A DNA stretch of 64,000 nucleotides from Eledone cirrhosa. Lineage: Eukaryota. The notes beneath the pieces were generated by a model. It saw only the letters and a list, made by a program, of their open reading frames with translations. It ran no database searches and was not told where the DNA came from. The DNA is taken from assembly GCA_964016885.1 (NCBI GenBank), contig OZ024742.1:177568001-177632000 (forward strand), in the 5' to 3' direction. This document shows, one piece after another, positions 26,649-41,972 of the stretch. The stretch's first letter is position 1. Each line of letters begins with the position of its first letter. The translations under genes and the position numbers were made by a program.

Positions 26649-27523
26649 GACACACAGGCTTACTCTCCGAAAAACGTCACACACATGTACACTACATCGC
26701 ATACACTCTCATATACCACGTACATAGTTTTTCAATTCTCCACAGACTGAGGTAGATATTGTGTAATCTCCAACCACGACGACGACGACCACCACCACCA
26801 CCAGAACCCCCACAACCAGTACAAACACCATTGTAACCCCCATCAACCATCATAACCACTAAAACCAACAGAAATGACGTATCATCACTATAATCATCAA
26901 CGACAATAACACCACATCTAGAAACTCCACCACGACAAACTGAACCTCCAACATCCCTACCAACCCCAGCAACAACACCACCACCAGCACCACAACTACT
27001 ATCACTAATATCATCAATACCACCAAGAGCAACAACAACCTCCGCCGCACCGTCCACAACAAGAACCACTACCAATAACACCACGAGCATCATCAGTATA
27101 ATAACCACCACAACAACCACTAACACAACCACCAAAACCTCCGACACCACATCCACCAACAACACCACAAACACTAGCAACACTACAAACGCAACGAACA
27201 GCACCAGGAACAAACAACAAAAACACAAATACAACAACAAAAATCTCCACCACACCAGCAGCACCCATACCACCACCACCATATTACTGTCAATGTTTCT
27301 GGAGATATGCCAAAAGCCCTCAACACTACCAAAACTAATTATTATACCGAATATCAGATGGTACCTGGCAAACTAGTGGTCGGTAGGGAGGAGAGAGGGT
27401 GTTTTTAATTCAATTTATTTGTTTATGGGGATCTTTTTCTATGTATTCAATGGCGTGTTATATGTTTGTGTATGTGTAACGTGTGTCTGTGAGTGTGTGT
27501 GTTTGTTAAAATACACACAGGCA

Positions 27524-27589
<66 letters not shown>

Positions 27590-28258
27590 CATACATACAT
27601 ACATACATACATAGATACATACATACGTACATACATATATATGTGGTGAGTGTGTGTGTGTATTTATATGTATGTGTAGTTTCTTAACTCTTACTATCCT
27701 GCAATATTTTGACAGAGAATACCTAAGAACACGTTTGTTAATTCAAACGTTTATAGTATATTTACTAGCGTACAATTCATCATGAACATTAATAGTAAGC
27801 TAAACTATAAACGTTAATTTTTAATGAGATTTTGTTGCAGTGGTGATTTGCCAGGCTTATGTGGTACAGGGTGTTAAGAGATAAGCTATTTTTTTTTTAA
27901 ACAAGGACCTAACTAATAGCCACACGAACGAAATAATCCATATATCAAAGACACACAAGCCTCATGATCAGGGAATAGTGTTTTACTACTAATGTTTCAA
28001 GCTGCATATGTTTGAATGCTGGCACCTGCTCCATAGACTATATAATCGATTGCGTACGAAATAGAAGTTACCTCAAACATGTCAGAAGGTCAGTTGATAA
28101 ATATGTATATTGGCATAAATGTCCCTTAGTGGATTAGGCTGGTATTGCATTTAATCATGCCAGTGGATAATTTTGATGTATTTACGTTCCCGTTTGGGCA
28201 ATTCTTATCTACACACACACACACACATACGTACATACATATATATACTTACACACAC

Positions 28259-28648
<390 letters not shown>

Positions 28649-28888
28649 TATATATATATACAAAGAGGGAGAGAGAAAGCAAGAAAGAAAATGTTAAGAT
28701 AGAGTTACATTTGCATGCCTGTTGGATTGCGTAATATGATAAGGTTATTAGTAATCATGCGATGGTTACATCATTAATAGGCCTCATGTGACATCATCAG
28801 ATGGCCATACAATAACGTGAAGTAGTTAGATTGATATGTTGAAATACCGCTGGCAAGGTATTACCAGCCTGGTATAAAGCCAGCGAAG

Positions 28889-29354
<466 letters not shown>

Positions 29355-29358
<4 letters not shown>

Positions 29359-29717
29359 TAAACGGAATAGAAAATGCTGACAAATTGTTCACAGTTGAAA
29401 AATGGTTTAATTAGGAATAAAAGAGTATTAGTGATTGTATGGGTTAGTATTCAGTTGTGGTTTTAAGTTTTTAAGTTTTTACCGGTTGCGCATTTCTAAA
29501 TGCTTTTCACTATCTCAAAATTATTTTTGAAAAGCATTTAGAAATGCGCAACCGGTAAAAACTTAAAAACTTAAAACCACAACTGAATACTAACCCATAC
29601 AATCACTAATACTCTTTTATTCCTAATTAAACCATTTTTCAACTGTGAACAATTTGTCAGCATTTTCTATTCCGTTTACCAATATATAATAACTTGTGTG
29701 TTACACCTCTATTCTTT

Positions 29718-29721
<4 letters not shown>
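29355..29721 (+). mobile_element. Fold-back element family F1, second copy
   Basis: Near-identical to 13380-13808, opposite orientation, different inversion point. Confidence 0.9.
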
Positions 29722-29810
<89 letters not shown>

Positions 29811-29813
<3 letters not shown>

Positions 29814-30365
29814 GGCTTAAAAATAAGAATGAGAAGAAAGCAAGAATAGGTGGGATAGTTTTCCTCATCAGTTGTCTACTGGGGGTCTCGGATATTTCAA
29901 CGCTTTAAAGCCAATAACTAGGTAAGTTATTGGGAAAACGGAGGCGCGAGGGAAGGGAAATAGAAGGTGAAAGGGAAAAAAGGTAAGAAAATAGAAAAAC
30001 AGCGAAAAAAACAACCAACCGAAGAATGTGCGAGCAACTTGAAGAAAGAAAATACAAGTCCACATCGGTGGCAGAACATAAGTTCTAGAGCGTGTGGACG
30101 AACGAAAAGGCACGTCTGATCCCAGTAAGACTAAGTGAGAAAACAACTGCTAGGGGTTAGGCGAGGGAAAGAATGAGGTGGCTGCCAGAGAGAGGGTGAG
30201 TGAAAGTGAGAGGGAGAAAGGGAGAGAAAGAAAGAGGGCGAAGTGTAGATAGTAACGAAATAGGTAAGCAGAAGAGGAGAGAAGACGGGTCACAGCAAAG
30301 CATGATAAAATATATGGAGAATAGCATGGCTGTGTAGTTGCTAGTTAAGGTAGGCTTAAAAATAA
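29811..30365 (-). mobile_element. About 540-bp Penelope pLTR-like unit with terminal direct repeat
   Basis: TAGGCTTAAAAATAA at both ends; minus strand CAACTGATGAGGAAAAC; fragment 41818-41930 reads across the unit junction. Confidence 0.6.
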
Positions 30366-30379
30366 TAATAATAATAATG

Positions 30380-30424
<45 letters not shown>

Positions 30425-30671
30425 CTTTCATTATTAACCACAAGGGTCTACATAAAGTAGACATTAAGCACAGTACAGGACAATACAGGTCGGTACAAAT
30501 GGGCATTTCTGCGTGTAAAAACAAGAAACAGCGGATGTAATAATAGAATAATGAAAAAATTCCCCAATAGGGGGGAGACTTCCGAGGGACATTCGTGGAG
30601 AAAGCCCATTAAAAGCCACAGTGACCCTGACCGCCAGGGCAAGTGCCCTCTCCCAGTTTTCCACCTTTAAT

Positions 30672-33600
30672 TTACAGACACATACTCAGAGTAGGCCCAT
30701 TCACTCGGGCCATTCTTGCCTCTCTCACCCATCTTTCAACAAAATGCTGGGAAGAGAGCACTTCCCTCTCTACCCTGATTTTCCTTTTTATATGAAATTT
30801 GAAAAAGTTAATCAGGGCATCACCGAAGAGGTAAGTGCTCGTCTTCAGCCCTTTCAAACGTGTCCACAATCTTTCGCCATGGCCACCAGACAGATAAAAA
30901 CTGCCTGCCCTTCCCGGCTAAAGGAAGAGAGCGGTGAAATCCTCACGATGGACTCAGCTGATAGCTGGATCCGTCCTACACGCGACAGCAGGTGTTCGAC
31001 ATAAACCCACAAGTCAGCAATGCTCGGACACTGGATGAGTGCGTGCAGGCCGGTTTCGTCGCCCTTCGCGCATCTCGAACATGCCCGGCTGACGGCACCT
31101 CCATGCATGTAGAGTTTATTCCGAACTGGCAAAGCTCCTCGGTAGCACTGCCAGGCCAGGGATTTCTGGAAGTTGTCCATAGGCTCAGGCCCGAAAGTTC
31201 TTCCAAAGATTGTCTAGTTGATTTTTGTCGACGCCTAGTGTTTCCCCAAGTACGTCGTCGCTCTTCCCCTCCACTAATCCTCTATAGAACGCCAAGGTGG
31301 AGTTTCCACCGATCACATTGCCCGATTGATCGAGGGCTGTGAGCGCCTGAAGACATTCCAGTCTCCAAGCGCTCCCTCTCGGTCAAGGAGACGAGCTGGG
31401 GAAAGACCCGTCTAGCAGACGGAGACCACACCTGATCACCGTCGAGGAAGAGGTGGAGATGTCGTAGCCTGAGCGCGTGTCTGCGCATCATCAGCCACGG
31501 CATTCCCAGCCCTCCACGTAGCAGGTGTTGACAGCAGATGGACCACCTGACCATCGGAGCGCGTCCCTTCCACAAAAAGCGAAAGAGCAAACGCTCCAGC
31601 GCAGTCAGGCGGGGCTTAGGACAAGGTACGACGGTCAGGCGGTAGTAGATGACGTACGCGATATACGCGTTAGCCACCTCCGCTCGACCTTTCAGGGATA
31701 GCTTCCTCTCCGCCCATTTCTGGGTGAGAGAAGCCACCCTGCTCGTCACCTCGTCCCAGTTTTTGTCCGTCTGGAGGTCTGGACCGAACGAGACCCCGAG
31801 CAATTTAACTGGTCCGTCCGTCCAGCGCCCGACGACGCTGTTGGACGGCATGGACCTGCCTCTCCAGGTGCCGAGCTGCAGGCCCACTGACTTTTCCTAG
31901 TTGATCATAGCTCTTATCACCGCTTCGTATTGTCTTAGTGTAGTGCCGATCGCCTCGATGTGTTTGGCGTTCGACACCACTACGGTGATATCGTCTGCAT
32001 ATGCTAACACGGATCTTCCGCATCCTAGTTCGCGCGGGAACCCCCTCAACGTCTCCAGTTTGTGCAGTAATGGCTCTAGAGTCAAACGTACAAGAGGGAC
32101 GAGGGGGGGTACATCCTTGGCGGACCGAGCGCATGATGTTGAACGGTTCCGAAAGGTGACCTTTCACTCTCACCACAGAGCAGATGTCGCTGTGCATGGC
32201 AGTGAGCCAGCCTCTGAAGATGGGCCCAAATCCAGCCGCCCTCAGGACTGCTGCTAGGTAACAATGGTCGACCCTATCGCACGCTTTCGACTCATCTAAA
32301 TCGGTCAAGGACCTCCTCGTGCCAGATTCCCTAGATACCGTCTCTACGATGTATCGCATGAGGTGGAGTTTGTCGTGGATGGATCTGTCGGGAATGGCGC
32401 ATGTCTGTGCCTCTCCCACCAGACCACCAACGACATGCGCCAACCTCTTTGCTAGCACCTTGGCCAAAATCTTGAACTCTGTGTTTAGTAGGGTTAAAGC
32501 CTAAAATTATCTATGTTAGGATCCGTTCTCAGCAGCGCCACAGCTCCTCGACTCACAGAGCTGGGAATTCTCCCGTTCTGTTGCCAGTTCCAGTAGACGT
32601 CCGCCAAGAGGCCTGCGAACAAGTCTGGCATCTGTACATAAAGTTCATAGGGCAGACCATCCAAACCAGACGATTTACCCCTTGTGCAGCTAGTCATTGC
32701 CTCCCGTACTTCAGCGGCAGATATCGGCTTTTTGCAACACTCCGCCTTAGTGGCCGGGAGCCGCGGCAGTCCTTCGAGGTAGACACTAAATCCATCCATA
32801 GATCCGCCCCGCCGCTGCCCCCGAACAACTGAGCGAAGTGTCGCTGAAAAGCTTCCCACATTTGCCCGGGATCGAGTAGCATGCGCCCGTCGTGGTCCAC
32901 CAAAGACCGGATCGTGGCTTTGTTGCCACGACGCGGCTCCGCCACTCGGACCCATTGACGGCTTTCGTCCCCACGTGTCTGAGAGCACGCACCCTAGCTC
33001 TGACAACGCAGCCGTCGTGCTTAGCATTGAAGAATTGGTCAAGGGCCAATTTCGCCGCAAGTACGTCGGTAGCGATGCCTTTGCTAAGCACCTCGTATAA
33101 TTTTCTAACTAATTCTCCCTCTGCTTTATTTTTCTCTATTGCTAAAGCCTTACTAAACCTAATGGACTCTATTCTAATTGCTCTTTTCAGAACAAACCAC
33201 CACTTGTTGTTGAGGATGGCCCCCGTCAACGCTCGCTTAACTAGTTCGCTAATCCGGTCTCTGACGGCCTTGCGCGCTGGTAAGGACGCGTTTAGATTCC
33301 AGTGGCCGGGTCCTCGTCGATGAAGCCTATCTAAGTCAAGCACACAGATCACGAATTTGTGGTCCGTGTAGCTGACTATCTTGAATTGTGCACAGCCTAT
33401 GCTAGACCTATCTATTTCTCTACAAAATACTCTATCTAGATATCATGTGGATGACCCTATGCGATTTGTCCAAGTCCACATTGGCACATTCGGAAAATCA
33501 AATTGGTACCTGTCAGACAGTTCAAAACGCCTGGGAAGGTTGGTGAGGCTCTTGCACCCTCCTCCCCTATCCACTAATCCCACACAGTCCCAGCGTGCAT

Positions 33601-34027
33601 CTAAGATTCCATTCCAGTCGCCCACTAACACTAAAGAGGGGGACGTTCCAAGAAAGGTCTCCAGACGCCGGAAGAAATCAAGCCGCCCTGATCCTATCGG
33701 GGCATAGACGGCCATTAGCCTGAAAGCTTGCCCGTCTCCGCTGGTCACGTCTAGCACCACCAACTTACCTTCTCGGTCCAGGAAGATGGCCCGTATGGCG
33801 AGATCCATATATCTCCGTAAAAGCACAGCAACTCCTCCCCCCGATCCCGGACGGCTGGGAGATGCATACACATCGTAGCCGCCGAAGATCGGTTCGAAGG
33901 AGATTCTGGTCTCGCTGATGGCCACTACATCTATGTTTAGTGACCTGAGGTCGTTGAGCAGGTGGCCCTGCTTCCATGACGACCCCAATCCCCGCGCATT
34001 TATGCTGCCTATTCTGAGTGAGGTCAT
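30672..34027 (-). pseudogene. Tx1/L1 ORF2 (AP endonuclease, reverse transcriptase, zinc finger), frameshifted
   Basis: MTSLRIGSINARGL, AISET, LVGDWNGILD, GKSSGLDGLPYELY, DESKACDRVDH, SVRQGC, AYADDITV, CSRC...HALIQC spread over several frames. Confidence 0.92.
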
Positions 34028-34338
34028 GTTGAAATGGATTGGAAAAGAAGGGAAAGACCACTTACCTTACTTCTCGTAGGGGAAGGATGATTTGTCCATC
34101 CTTTTCACTGCTTGTGCCCTCCTCCGGAAGGATGACCTTATAAATCCTCCTGGAGAGTTTTGTCGGAAGTCTCCGATGTCTTTGGGGAATGTTTGTTTTA
34201 GTGTCGTGTACGTTTTCTGTGTGATGCGAGTGATTTGTATGTGTGGAGGTGGTGTGGACCTTGGGTTGTTGTGTAGTCTTTTTCTGTGATGCTGGTGTTG
34301 TGTTGCATGTAGTGTAATAATTAGTTGTTGTTCAAATT

Positions 34339-34516
34339 TAATTGTTTCTACTTTTGGCACAAGGCCAGCAATTATCCCAGTACATTACTGGTACTTTATT
34401 TTATCGACCCCGTAAGGATGAAAGGCAAAGTAAACCCCGGCGGGAATTGAACTCAGATCGTAAAGGGATGTAACTATGCTGGAAAGCATATCCTACCCTC
34501 TACCGATACTGCCAAT
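34339..34516 (-). mobile_element. Family A SINE nested in the Tx1 element
   Basis: SINE core and 3' tail. Confidence 0.88.
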
Positions 34517-35123
34517 TGTAGTTCAAATTTAATGCTGTGTAGTGTGTATCGTTTTGGTTGTTTTGTTTTGTTTGCGTTTGTTGTGGGTTTGTTTCTGTTA
34601 CGCTTTTTGATGACTTTTGTGGTGTTGGTGATGGTGGTGTTGGGGTTAATGATGGTGATGATGTTTGTGTTTGTGGTGGTGGGGTTGGTGATGCTGGTGT
34701 GGATGGTTGCATATCAGTCCTAACTTTTTTGTTTGATAGTTTTTATTTGATTCCCTCTGTATTTTGTTTTTGGAGGGGGAAGGAAGGGAATGTTTTCGTT
34801 TTGGTTTCTTTTTTTCTTTTTTCCTGATACCGTTTACCACTCCTCGTCGTCACAATCTGTCTCCAGTTACGATAAGCCGGGGAGTGGAAAATCCTCCACA
34901 GGCGTTGGTCTTGGTTGTGGCGTGGTGGATGGTGTAGGCGCTGCTGCTAGTTCTGGCGCGTTGGGTGGTGGTGGTGTTGGTCTTGCTACTGTTGCTGCGG
35001 TTTTTGCTGTTACAGTTGCTTCTGTTGTTGTGTTACAGTTGTTGCTGCCATCTCTGCTGCTGCTGGTGGTGTTGATGATTGAGTCACTGGGGTGGGTAAG
35101 AGAGGTGGCTTCAACCTTTTAGC

Positions 35124-35931
35124 CTAGGGGCAGAAAGCCCTTAGCTGGGTTCCTTCACCACAAACGACACACCTAGGCCTTCTGCCCTCGGCGATTACGG
35201 TGAGGTGGCTGCCGTCAGTGAGGACCTCTGGGATCTCCTCAATTCTTTTATGGTCCGCTTGGATCAGGAGCTCCATCCCAGATCCGGACCAGTTCTCCTG
35301 CTTTTCTTTCGCTATTTCGATTATCTTGGTGTTGGCCTCGATGCCGGCGAGGACGGCAGCCATTAGCCAGGGAATTTCGATGGCCGGTGGAACGTGGGTC
35401 ACCCTGATCTTTACGAGTCTCTGGCCACAATAGTTTGGGACGAGTGTGAAGTCGTCACTTCTTAATGGGGCCATGGAGTGTCCTCTGGCCTCCTGTGGTG
35501 TTTCAAAGAACACGTCCACGGTTCCATATTTCTGCCCACGTCTGATGTGGTTTTTTTTTGTCCACACATGTCCCAAAGTTTTTGGATTTGGGACTCGGAT
35601 GCCCGTTCCACTCGGCGCGATTTTATGTTAATTGTCCGATAAGAGACGGTGCATAGGCAACGGTGCTCCATTTTATTAGGTGGGGGAGGCTGACCCTGTA
35701 CACATCTTTCTTTACCATTCTTTTGACTTCTTCTAATTCCTCCTGAGTTACCTGCATCTCTTCGCATGTTTTTGCTACTCTCGCAAAAGATAGGGTGGTT
35801 TTCTTATTCTCATTGTTGTTGTTGCTGTTGTTGTTATCGTTATTTTTGTTATTGTTAAGTTTAGTTTCAGTTGTGGTGGTGGGGGAGTCAGTGGTGTTCG
35901 GTGTGGAAGAGTTCATTTTGGATGAATTCAT
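35124..35931 (-). pseudogene. Tx1/L1 ORF1 (gag-like RNA-binding protein), frameshifted
   Basis: SFARVA, VKIRVTHVPPAI and EGRRPRCVVCGEGTQLRAFCP (CX2CX4HX4C-type knuckle, H mutated). Confidence 0.8.
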
Positions 35932-37239
35932 TTTGATATCACGAGTTGGTTATTTTTTCTTTTGTTTCTTTTGTAGCTGTGGTGGTGGTTGGGGTGGCGG
36001 CTTTAACACCTGCAGTCATTGGTAATGGCGGGAAATGAATGTCTGCCTGAGACAAATTTAAAATATTGCTACTGCTTATATTTTTAGTGTTGTTAAACGT
36101 AGTAATATTTACTATGGTGGTGTCGGTGTGAGGTGTTAGTTTGTGAGGAGGGTGTGACCCTTAGTCGGGTATGATTTTACAAAGAAAGTTTTTTTTTTGT
36201 TTGACAATTATAAGAAGTTTAAATTTTGGGCTCAAAGCCCCAATCTTTTTGAGTGTCCTTTTCAGAAATCAATGTATGTGCACTTATATACAGTTAACAA
36301 TAAAAATGTTCCATAAATGGCAATTTTAAACAACTGAAAATAACAAACCTTTGCGGAGCTCACGATGATACGATTTACTACGTAGGTCGCCAATAATAAT
36401 AATGATAATAATAATAATAACAGGGAAGAAAACGCACATGGTGGATATATATCGTTATGGAATCGCTTCCGTAAGTTTTTGATTTTGACTTATTTAAAAC
36501 AAATGTGATAGAATAATTCTTATTACAAATGAAATATAAGATTAAAGTTTTGACCCTCAGCAGGCGACAACGCATCACATTACGGCATAGGGCCCCAATA
36601 TTTAGTATTTAATTTTGGATCAGAAATGTTATTATCGAAAAAGAGATAAATGGCTAAGTGGACCGACAGGCAAATAATTTCACCACCAACACCACCACTG
36701 CCACCATTACCACTACCACGCCAAAAACTCTAGTCAAGTTACCTCAACTTCTATTTCTACTTCAACTTCAACACCATCACTACAGTACTACGATCACATC
36801 ACCACCACCACTGCCTCATTATCGCTACCGCCGCTATTCTCTCCCACTACCTCCTGCTAAGTACTACTAGCACATTACCACCACCACCACTGCCTCATTA
36901 TCGCTATCGCCACTATTCTCTCCCACTACCTCCTGCTAAGACAGGCATCACAGTATTGCCACTAAATGAGGAAGGCATCAAAAGATATAAATAATCGGAT
37001 TTGATGACCCGGTCAAAAGATTAAAAAAAAATAATTTAAAAAAATAGAAAAAAAATCAAAATTCAAAATCAAAACAGCAGAGCAGCAACGAAAAACGTAA
37101 AGAAAAGGAAAAAGAAAAGAAAAACAAACAGACAGACAGACAGACAAGAAAAAAAACTAAGTCAGACATTCAAACATTACATTACAATGAAACTTATTTT
37201 GGGGGTTTTTACCTATTTGTTTGTTTGTTTATTTATGTT

Positions 37240-40200
37240 CGTCTACAGCGTGATAGTGCCACGCTAAAATCACCGAGGGTGTTGAAATCAGCGGAGGTGA
37301 TGAAATCACCGGTGGTTATGTAACCATACATTCACCAATCCTCGATAAGAGTGTTTCAATGTCGAACCTAAACAGTTTGAATAACGGTGAAGTGGAGACT
37401 GGAATGTCATGCGACAGACTCTCAACCAGCAGGTGCTCCTTGGCTCAGCAGCAGGGACCTGGCTGTCAACCAAATACTGCTGGTGGCGGAGGAAGAAGAA
37501 AGAAAAGGGACCAGAACCAACTGGACGAAAGAATTGAATAGAACTGTTAAGTAACCCCAAGGAAAAAGGCTATAGGAACGAGATTGGTCTATTTAAATTA
37601 GATGAACAAAAATTGGCCGGGCAGGCTCGGGTAATAACAACTAATGGGTGGATAAGCGAGCTGGAACTGAATGAACTGAGCAGAGAGATTAAGTTGGAAA
37701 TGGAGAGTAGAGTATGCCAGTCAAACGAGCCAGTGGGAAATGAAGGTGAAGAGGTTGAAAGAACGGAGGAACCATCCGAAGCAGACAATGATCTGAATGC
37801 TGAAATAAATAATACCTGGAACAAAGATACAGCCATTGAGGAGATGAAAGCTGACGGGCTAGGACAAGATTTGCTTGATATCCTAAACTTAGTGGTAGAT
37901 GAAATGAACAATGATAGTGGGAAATTTATGAACCTAAGATTTGTAGACAGGAAAAAGTTAAAAGAAACAACAGCTAAGGTAAACAAAGTCATCCCATACC
38001 TTGAGGCGAGGAGACTTCACCAGTGCAACAATATCCTCAAAGCAACAGCAAATGCGGTGAGGAAATTATTGGCATAAAAAGCGAGAGGAAACAACAATCA
38101 AGAAAGATCAGAACCTTGGTGGAAGAAACGACTGAATGGTCATATCAGGGAAATGAGAAATGACATTGGAAAGATTGAGTCCCTACTGAATGGGACACTA
38201 AAAAAACGTAGACACTAAAAGTAGACTGGAAATAAAGTACAAAACTAGGAGGAAAAGGCTAAATATTATCATAGAGGAACTGAAGCAACGCATTGTAGTA
38301 AAGAGTGCAAAAATTAGGCGATACGAGAGCAGAGTCAGTGAGTATAGACAGAACCACATGTTTGACAACAACCAGAAGATGATGTTTGGACAGCTTGAAG
38401 GGAAAGAAAGAGGCAACGACTTGATCCCTGAGGCGGAACAAACTAAGACATTCTGGAGAGGAATATCGGAGCAGGATGTTAAACATAATGACCAGGCAGT
38501 GTGGATTGAGACAGTACAAAAGGAGATTAGTGAACACCAACAAACTGATTTGAGTATCACAGTTGAAACTTTTAAGGGGCAGGCCAAAAAACTAACATAC
38601 TGGAAATCACCAGGCCCAGATGGTGTGCAGGGATATTGGATTAAAAATGTAACATCCCTCCACCCGAAACTGACAACCATGTTCAATGACTTCTTGATGT
38701 CAGGTGAGGTACCAGAATAGTTGACAAAAGGTACCACAGTTCTGATAATGAAAGACCGAATCAAGGGTAATAATGTTACCAACTATAGACCTATCACATG
38801 TCTGTCCGTAATGTGGAAACTGTTGACAAGCATTGTGTCTGGGGAAATCTACCATCACCTCCACACAAACAACTTGTTACCGGACGAAGAGAAAGGATGC
38901 CGAAAGAAGTCCCGTGGTACAAAAGACCAGTTACTTATTGATAAGATGGTAATGAGGAATTGCAAGAAGAGACACACTGGTCTTGCTATGGGATGGATAG
39001 ACTACAAAAAGGCATTTGACATGGTGCCTCATTCTTGGATCACCAAAATCCTAGAGATCTTCAAGGTGGCAGATAAAATCAGACAGTATGAAGTCCTGGA
39101 AAACAGAGTTAACATCAGCTGGAGAATCCTTGGGAGGCGTTAAGATCAAGAGAGGTTTCTTCCAGGGAGATAGTTTATCCCCTATATTATTTGTCCTTGT
39201 CCTGATGCCCCTGACCATTATACTGCGAAAAGTGAGAGCAGGTTACAAGTTGGGAAAGGGAGAGCTTACCATCAATCACCTCCTCTTCATGGACGATCTT
39301 AAGCTCTTCGGGAAGAGTGAGAAGGAGTTGGATGTGCTTGTTGACACTGTCCGTATTTTCAGCAATGATATATGTATGCAATTTGTTATTAGTAAGTGTG
39401 GAGTCCTTGTGATGAAGAGGGGTAAATTGAGCAGAAGCAACGGAATCCAGATACCAACAGGTGAGATGATAAAGGAAATTGACACTGAAGAAGGATACAA
39501 TTATTTGGGTATTCTGGAGGCTGGTGACATCGAGAACAAAAAAATGAAGGAATTGATAATAACTGAATACCTTCGGAGAGTAAGGAGAGTATTAAAGTCA
39601 CATCTGAACAGTAGGAATGCCATAAGTGCAGTAAATTCCCGAGCTGTCTCTATTATTAGGTACAGTGCGGGAATTCTGAGATGGAATGTTGCTGAACAAA
39701 AAGAAATGGATAGGAAGACTAGGAAGCTATTGACTATCTACAACATGTTCCACAAGAGGAGTGATGTTGATAGACTCTACTAAAGGAGATCTGAGGGTGG
39801 AAGAGGTCTTATCAGCATAGAGGACTGTGTTCAGATGGAGAAAAACAACCTACACAAATACGTGAGTGATAGTAAGGAGCCAATGCTCAGAACTGTACTG
39901 AAGGAGGGGACAATAGGCCAGGGGATGTCCACGGAGGAAATAACATCAAGGAGAAAGAGCAGGCTTCAGGAAAAATCCCTTCATAGTACCTTCTTTGAGA
40001 GAACTGGATTTAGAGATCCACAGACATGGAATTGGTTGAAAAGAGGAGACCTTAAAAAGGCTACAGAAGGAATGTTAATGGCTGCGCAGGAGCAGGCCTT
40101 CAAAACGAAGTGGTTGAAACACCACATTTACAAGGAGAAGGCTAGCCCACTGTGCAGGATCTGTGGAGAGAGAGAGGAGACTGTGGCTCACATTGTATCC

Positions 40201-40799
40201 GAGGGTAAACACCAGCCCAGACTCACTATAAGGGCTGGAGACATGATGTGATGGGCAGGGTGATTCACTGGCACCTATGCAAAGTAAACAATTTACCACA
40301 TTCTGAGAAGTGGTATGAGCATAAGCCAGAGGCGGTGATACAAAACGATCAGGTGAAGGTGCTGTGGGATTTTAGGATACAGACGGACAAGAAACTGGAA
40401 CACAATAGACCTGACCTGGTGGTTTTGGACAAAGAAAAAAGATCGTGCCTGATTGTGGATGTGGCCTGCCCATTCGACACGAGAGTGCAAGAGAAGGAGA
40501 GGGAGAAAATTAATCGATACCAGGACTTAAAGTGGGAGGTAAAAAAGATTTGGAACTGCCATGAAGTCAAAGTGATCCCGATTGTCATAGGCGCACTAGG
40601 GACTATCTCAAAAAGTTTCCAGGGATGGTTAAAGAAAATTGGCCCCTTCGCGCTTTTTGGAACGCTTCAAAAGGCATGCTTGCTGGGAACAGCAAGAACC
40701 CTCCGATATGTCCTGAATATCTGAGGCTGCCGGTAGTGGCTTAATATTCATTTCAACAAACTTTCCAGTTAACTAACATCAATGACTGAGACTCAAAGA
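37240..40799 (+). mobile_element. R4/Dong-clade non-LTR retrotransposon (RT plus restriction-like endonuclease), family D1, inactivated
   Basis: WKSPGPDG, NYRPITCL, WIDYKKAFDMVPHSW, FQGDSLSP, HLLFMDDLK, CRIC...HIVS, RPDLVV...DVACP..EK..RY; 3' end followed by (TAA)n; 5' boundary uncertain. Confidence 0.93.
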
Positions 40800-40807
40800 G
40801 TAATAAC

Positions 40808-40863
<56 letters not shown>

Positions 40864-41020
40864 GCCCTTTCACGCTTTTTGGAACGCTTCAAAAGGCATG
40901 CTTGCTTGGAACAGCAAGAACCCTCCGATACGTCCTGAATATCTGAGGCTGCAGGTAGTGGCTTGATATTCATTTCAACAAACTTTCCAGTTAACCAACA
41001 TCAATGACTGAGATTCAAGG
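40864..41020 (+). mobile_element. 5'-truncated D1 copy in (TAA)n
   Basis: Matches the D1 3' end; TAA on both sides. Confidence 0.93.
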
Positions 41021-41054
41021 AATAACAACAATAATAATAATAATAATAATAATA

Positions 41055-41410
41055 ATCGTGTCTGATTGTGGATGTGGCCCGGCCATTCGACACGAGAGTG
41101 CAACAGAAGGAGAGGGAGAAAATTAACCGATACCAGGACTTAAAGTGGGAGGTAAAAAGGATTTGGAACTGCCATGAAGTCAAAGTGATCCCGATTGTCA
41201 TAGGCGCACTGGGGACTATCTCCAAAAGTTTCCAGGGATGGTTAAAGAAAGTCGGCCCCTTCACGCTTTTTAGAACGCTTCAAAAGGCATGCTTGCTGGG
41301 AACAGGAAGAACCCTCCGATACGTCCTGAATATCTGAGGCTGCAGGTAGTGGCTTGATATTCATTCCAACGGACTTTCCAGTTAACTAACATCAATGACT
41401 GAGACTCAAA

Positions 41411-41411
<1 letters not shown>
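41055..41411 (+). mobile_element. 5'-truncated D1 copy in (TAA)n
   Basis: REL C-terminus and 3' UTR; TAA on both sides. Confidence 0.93.
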
Positions 41412-41467
<56 letters not shown>

Positions 41468-41469
<2 letters not shown>

Positions 41470-41815
41470 CCTATGCAAAGTAAACAATTTACCACATTCT
41501 GAGAAGTGGTATGAGCATAAGCCAGAGTCTGTGATAGAAAACGATCAGGTGAAGGTGCTGTGGGATTTTAGGATACACACGGACAAGAAACTGGAACACA
41601 ATAGACCTGACCTGGTGGGTTTGGACAAGGAAAAAAGATCGTGCCTGATTGTGGATGTGGCCTGTCCATTCGACACGAGAGTGCAAGAGAAGGAGACGGA
41701 GAAAATTAATCGATACCACGACTTAAAGTGGGAGGTAAAAAGGATTTGGAACTGCCATGAAGGGAAAGTGGTCCCGATTGTCTTAGGCGCACTAGGTACT
41801 ATCTCAAAAAGTTCC
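41468..41815 (+). mobile_element. D1 fragment truncated at both ends
   Basis: Matches about 40272-40620; abuts a pLTR-like fragment at 41818. Confidence 0.9.
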
Positions 41816-41817
41816 TA

Positions 41818-41930
41818 GACCCCCAGTAGACAACTGATGAGGAAAAGTCCCCCAACAGTTCTTGCTTTCTTCTTATTATTATTATTATGTTTCGGCCTAC
41901 CTTAACTAACAATTACACAGCCATTCTATT
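41818..41930 (+). mobile_element. Fragment of the 29811 pLTR-like family with a degenerate hammerhead
   Basis: GACCCCCAGTAGACAA CTGATGA GGA-AAAG-TCC...TTC TTG, then GCCTACCTTAACTA.CAA.TACACAGCCAT. Confidence 0.7.
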
Positions 41931-41940
41931 TTCTCTCTCA

Positions 41941-41972
<32 letters not shown>

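Larger units (their letters stand above)
30424..36391 (-). mobile_element. Near full-length Tx1/L1-clade non-LTR retrotransposon, inactivated
   Basis: ORF1 with zinc knuckle, ORF2 with APE, RT and C-terminal zinc finger; (TAA)n on both flanks. Confidence 0.92.

Noticed and set aside
26750-27370. Mucin-like Thr-rich exon
   Set aside because: The + strand Thr-rich reading is broken by stops and frameshifts in the frames I traced; best explained as a degenerate (ACC/AAC)n repeat
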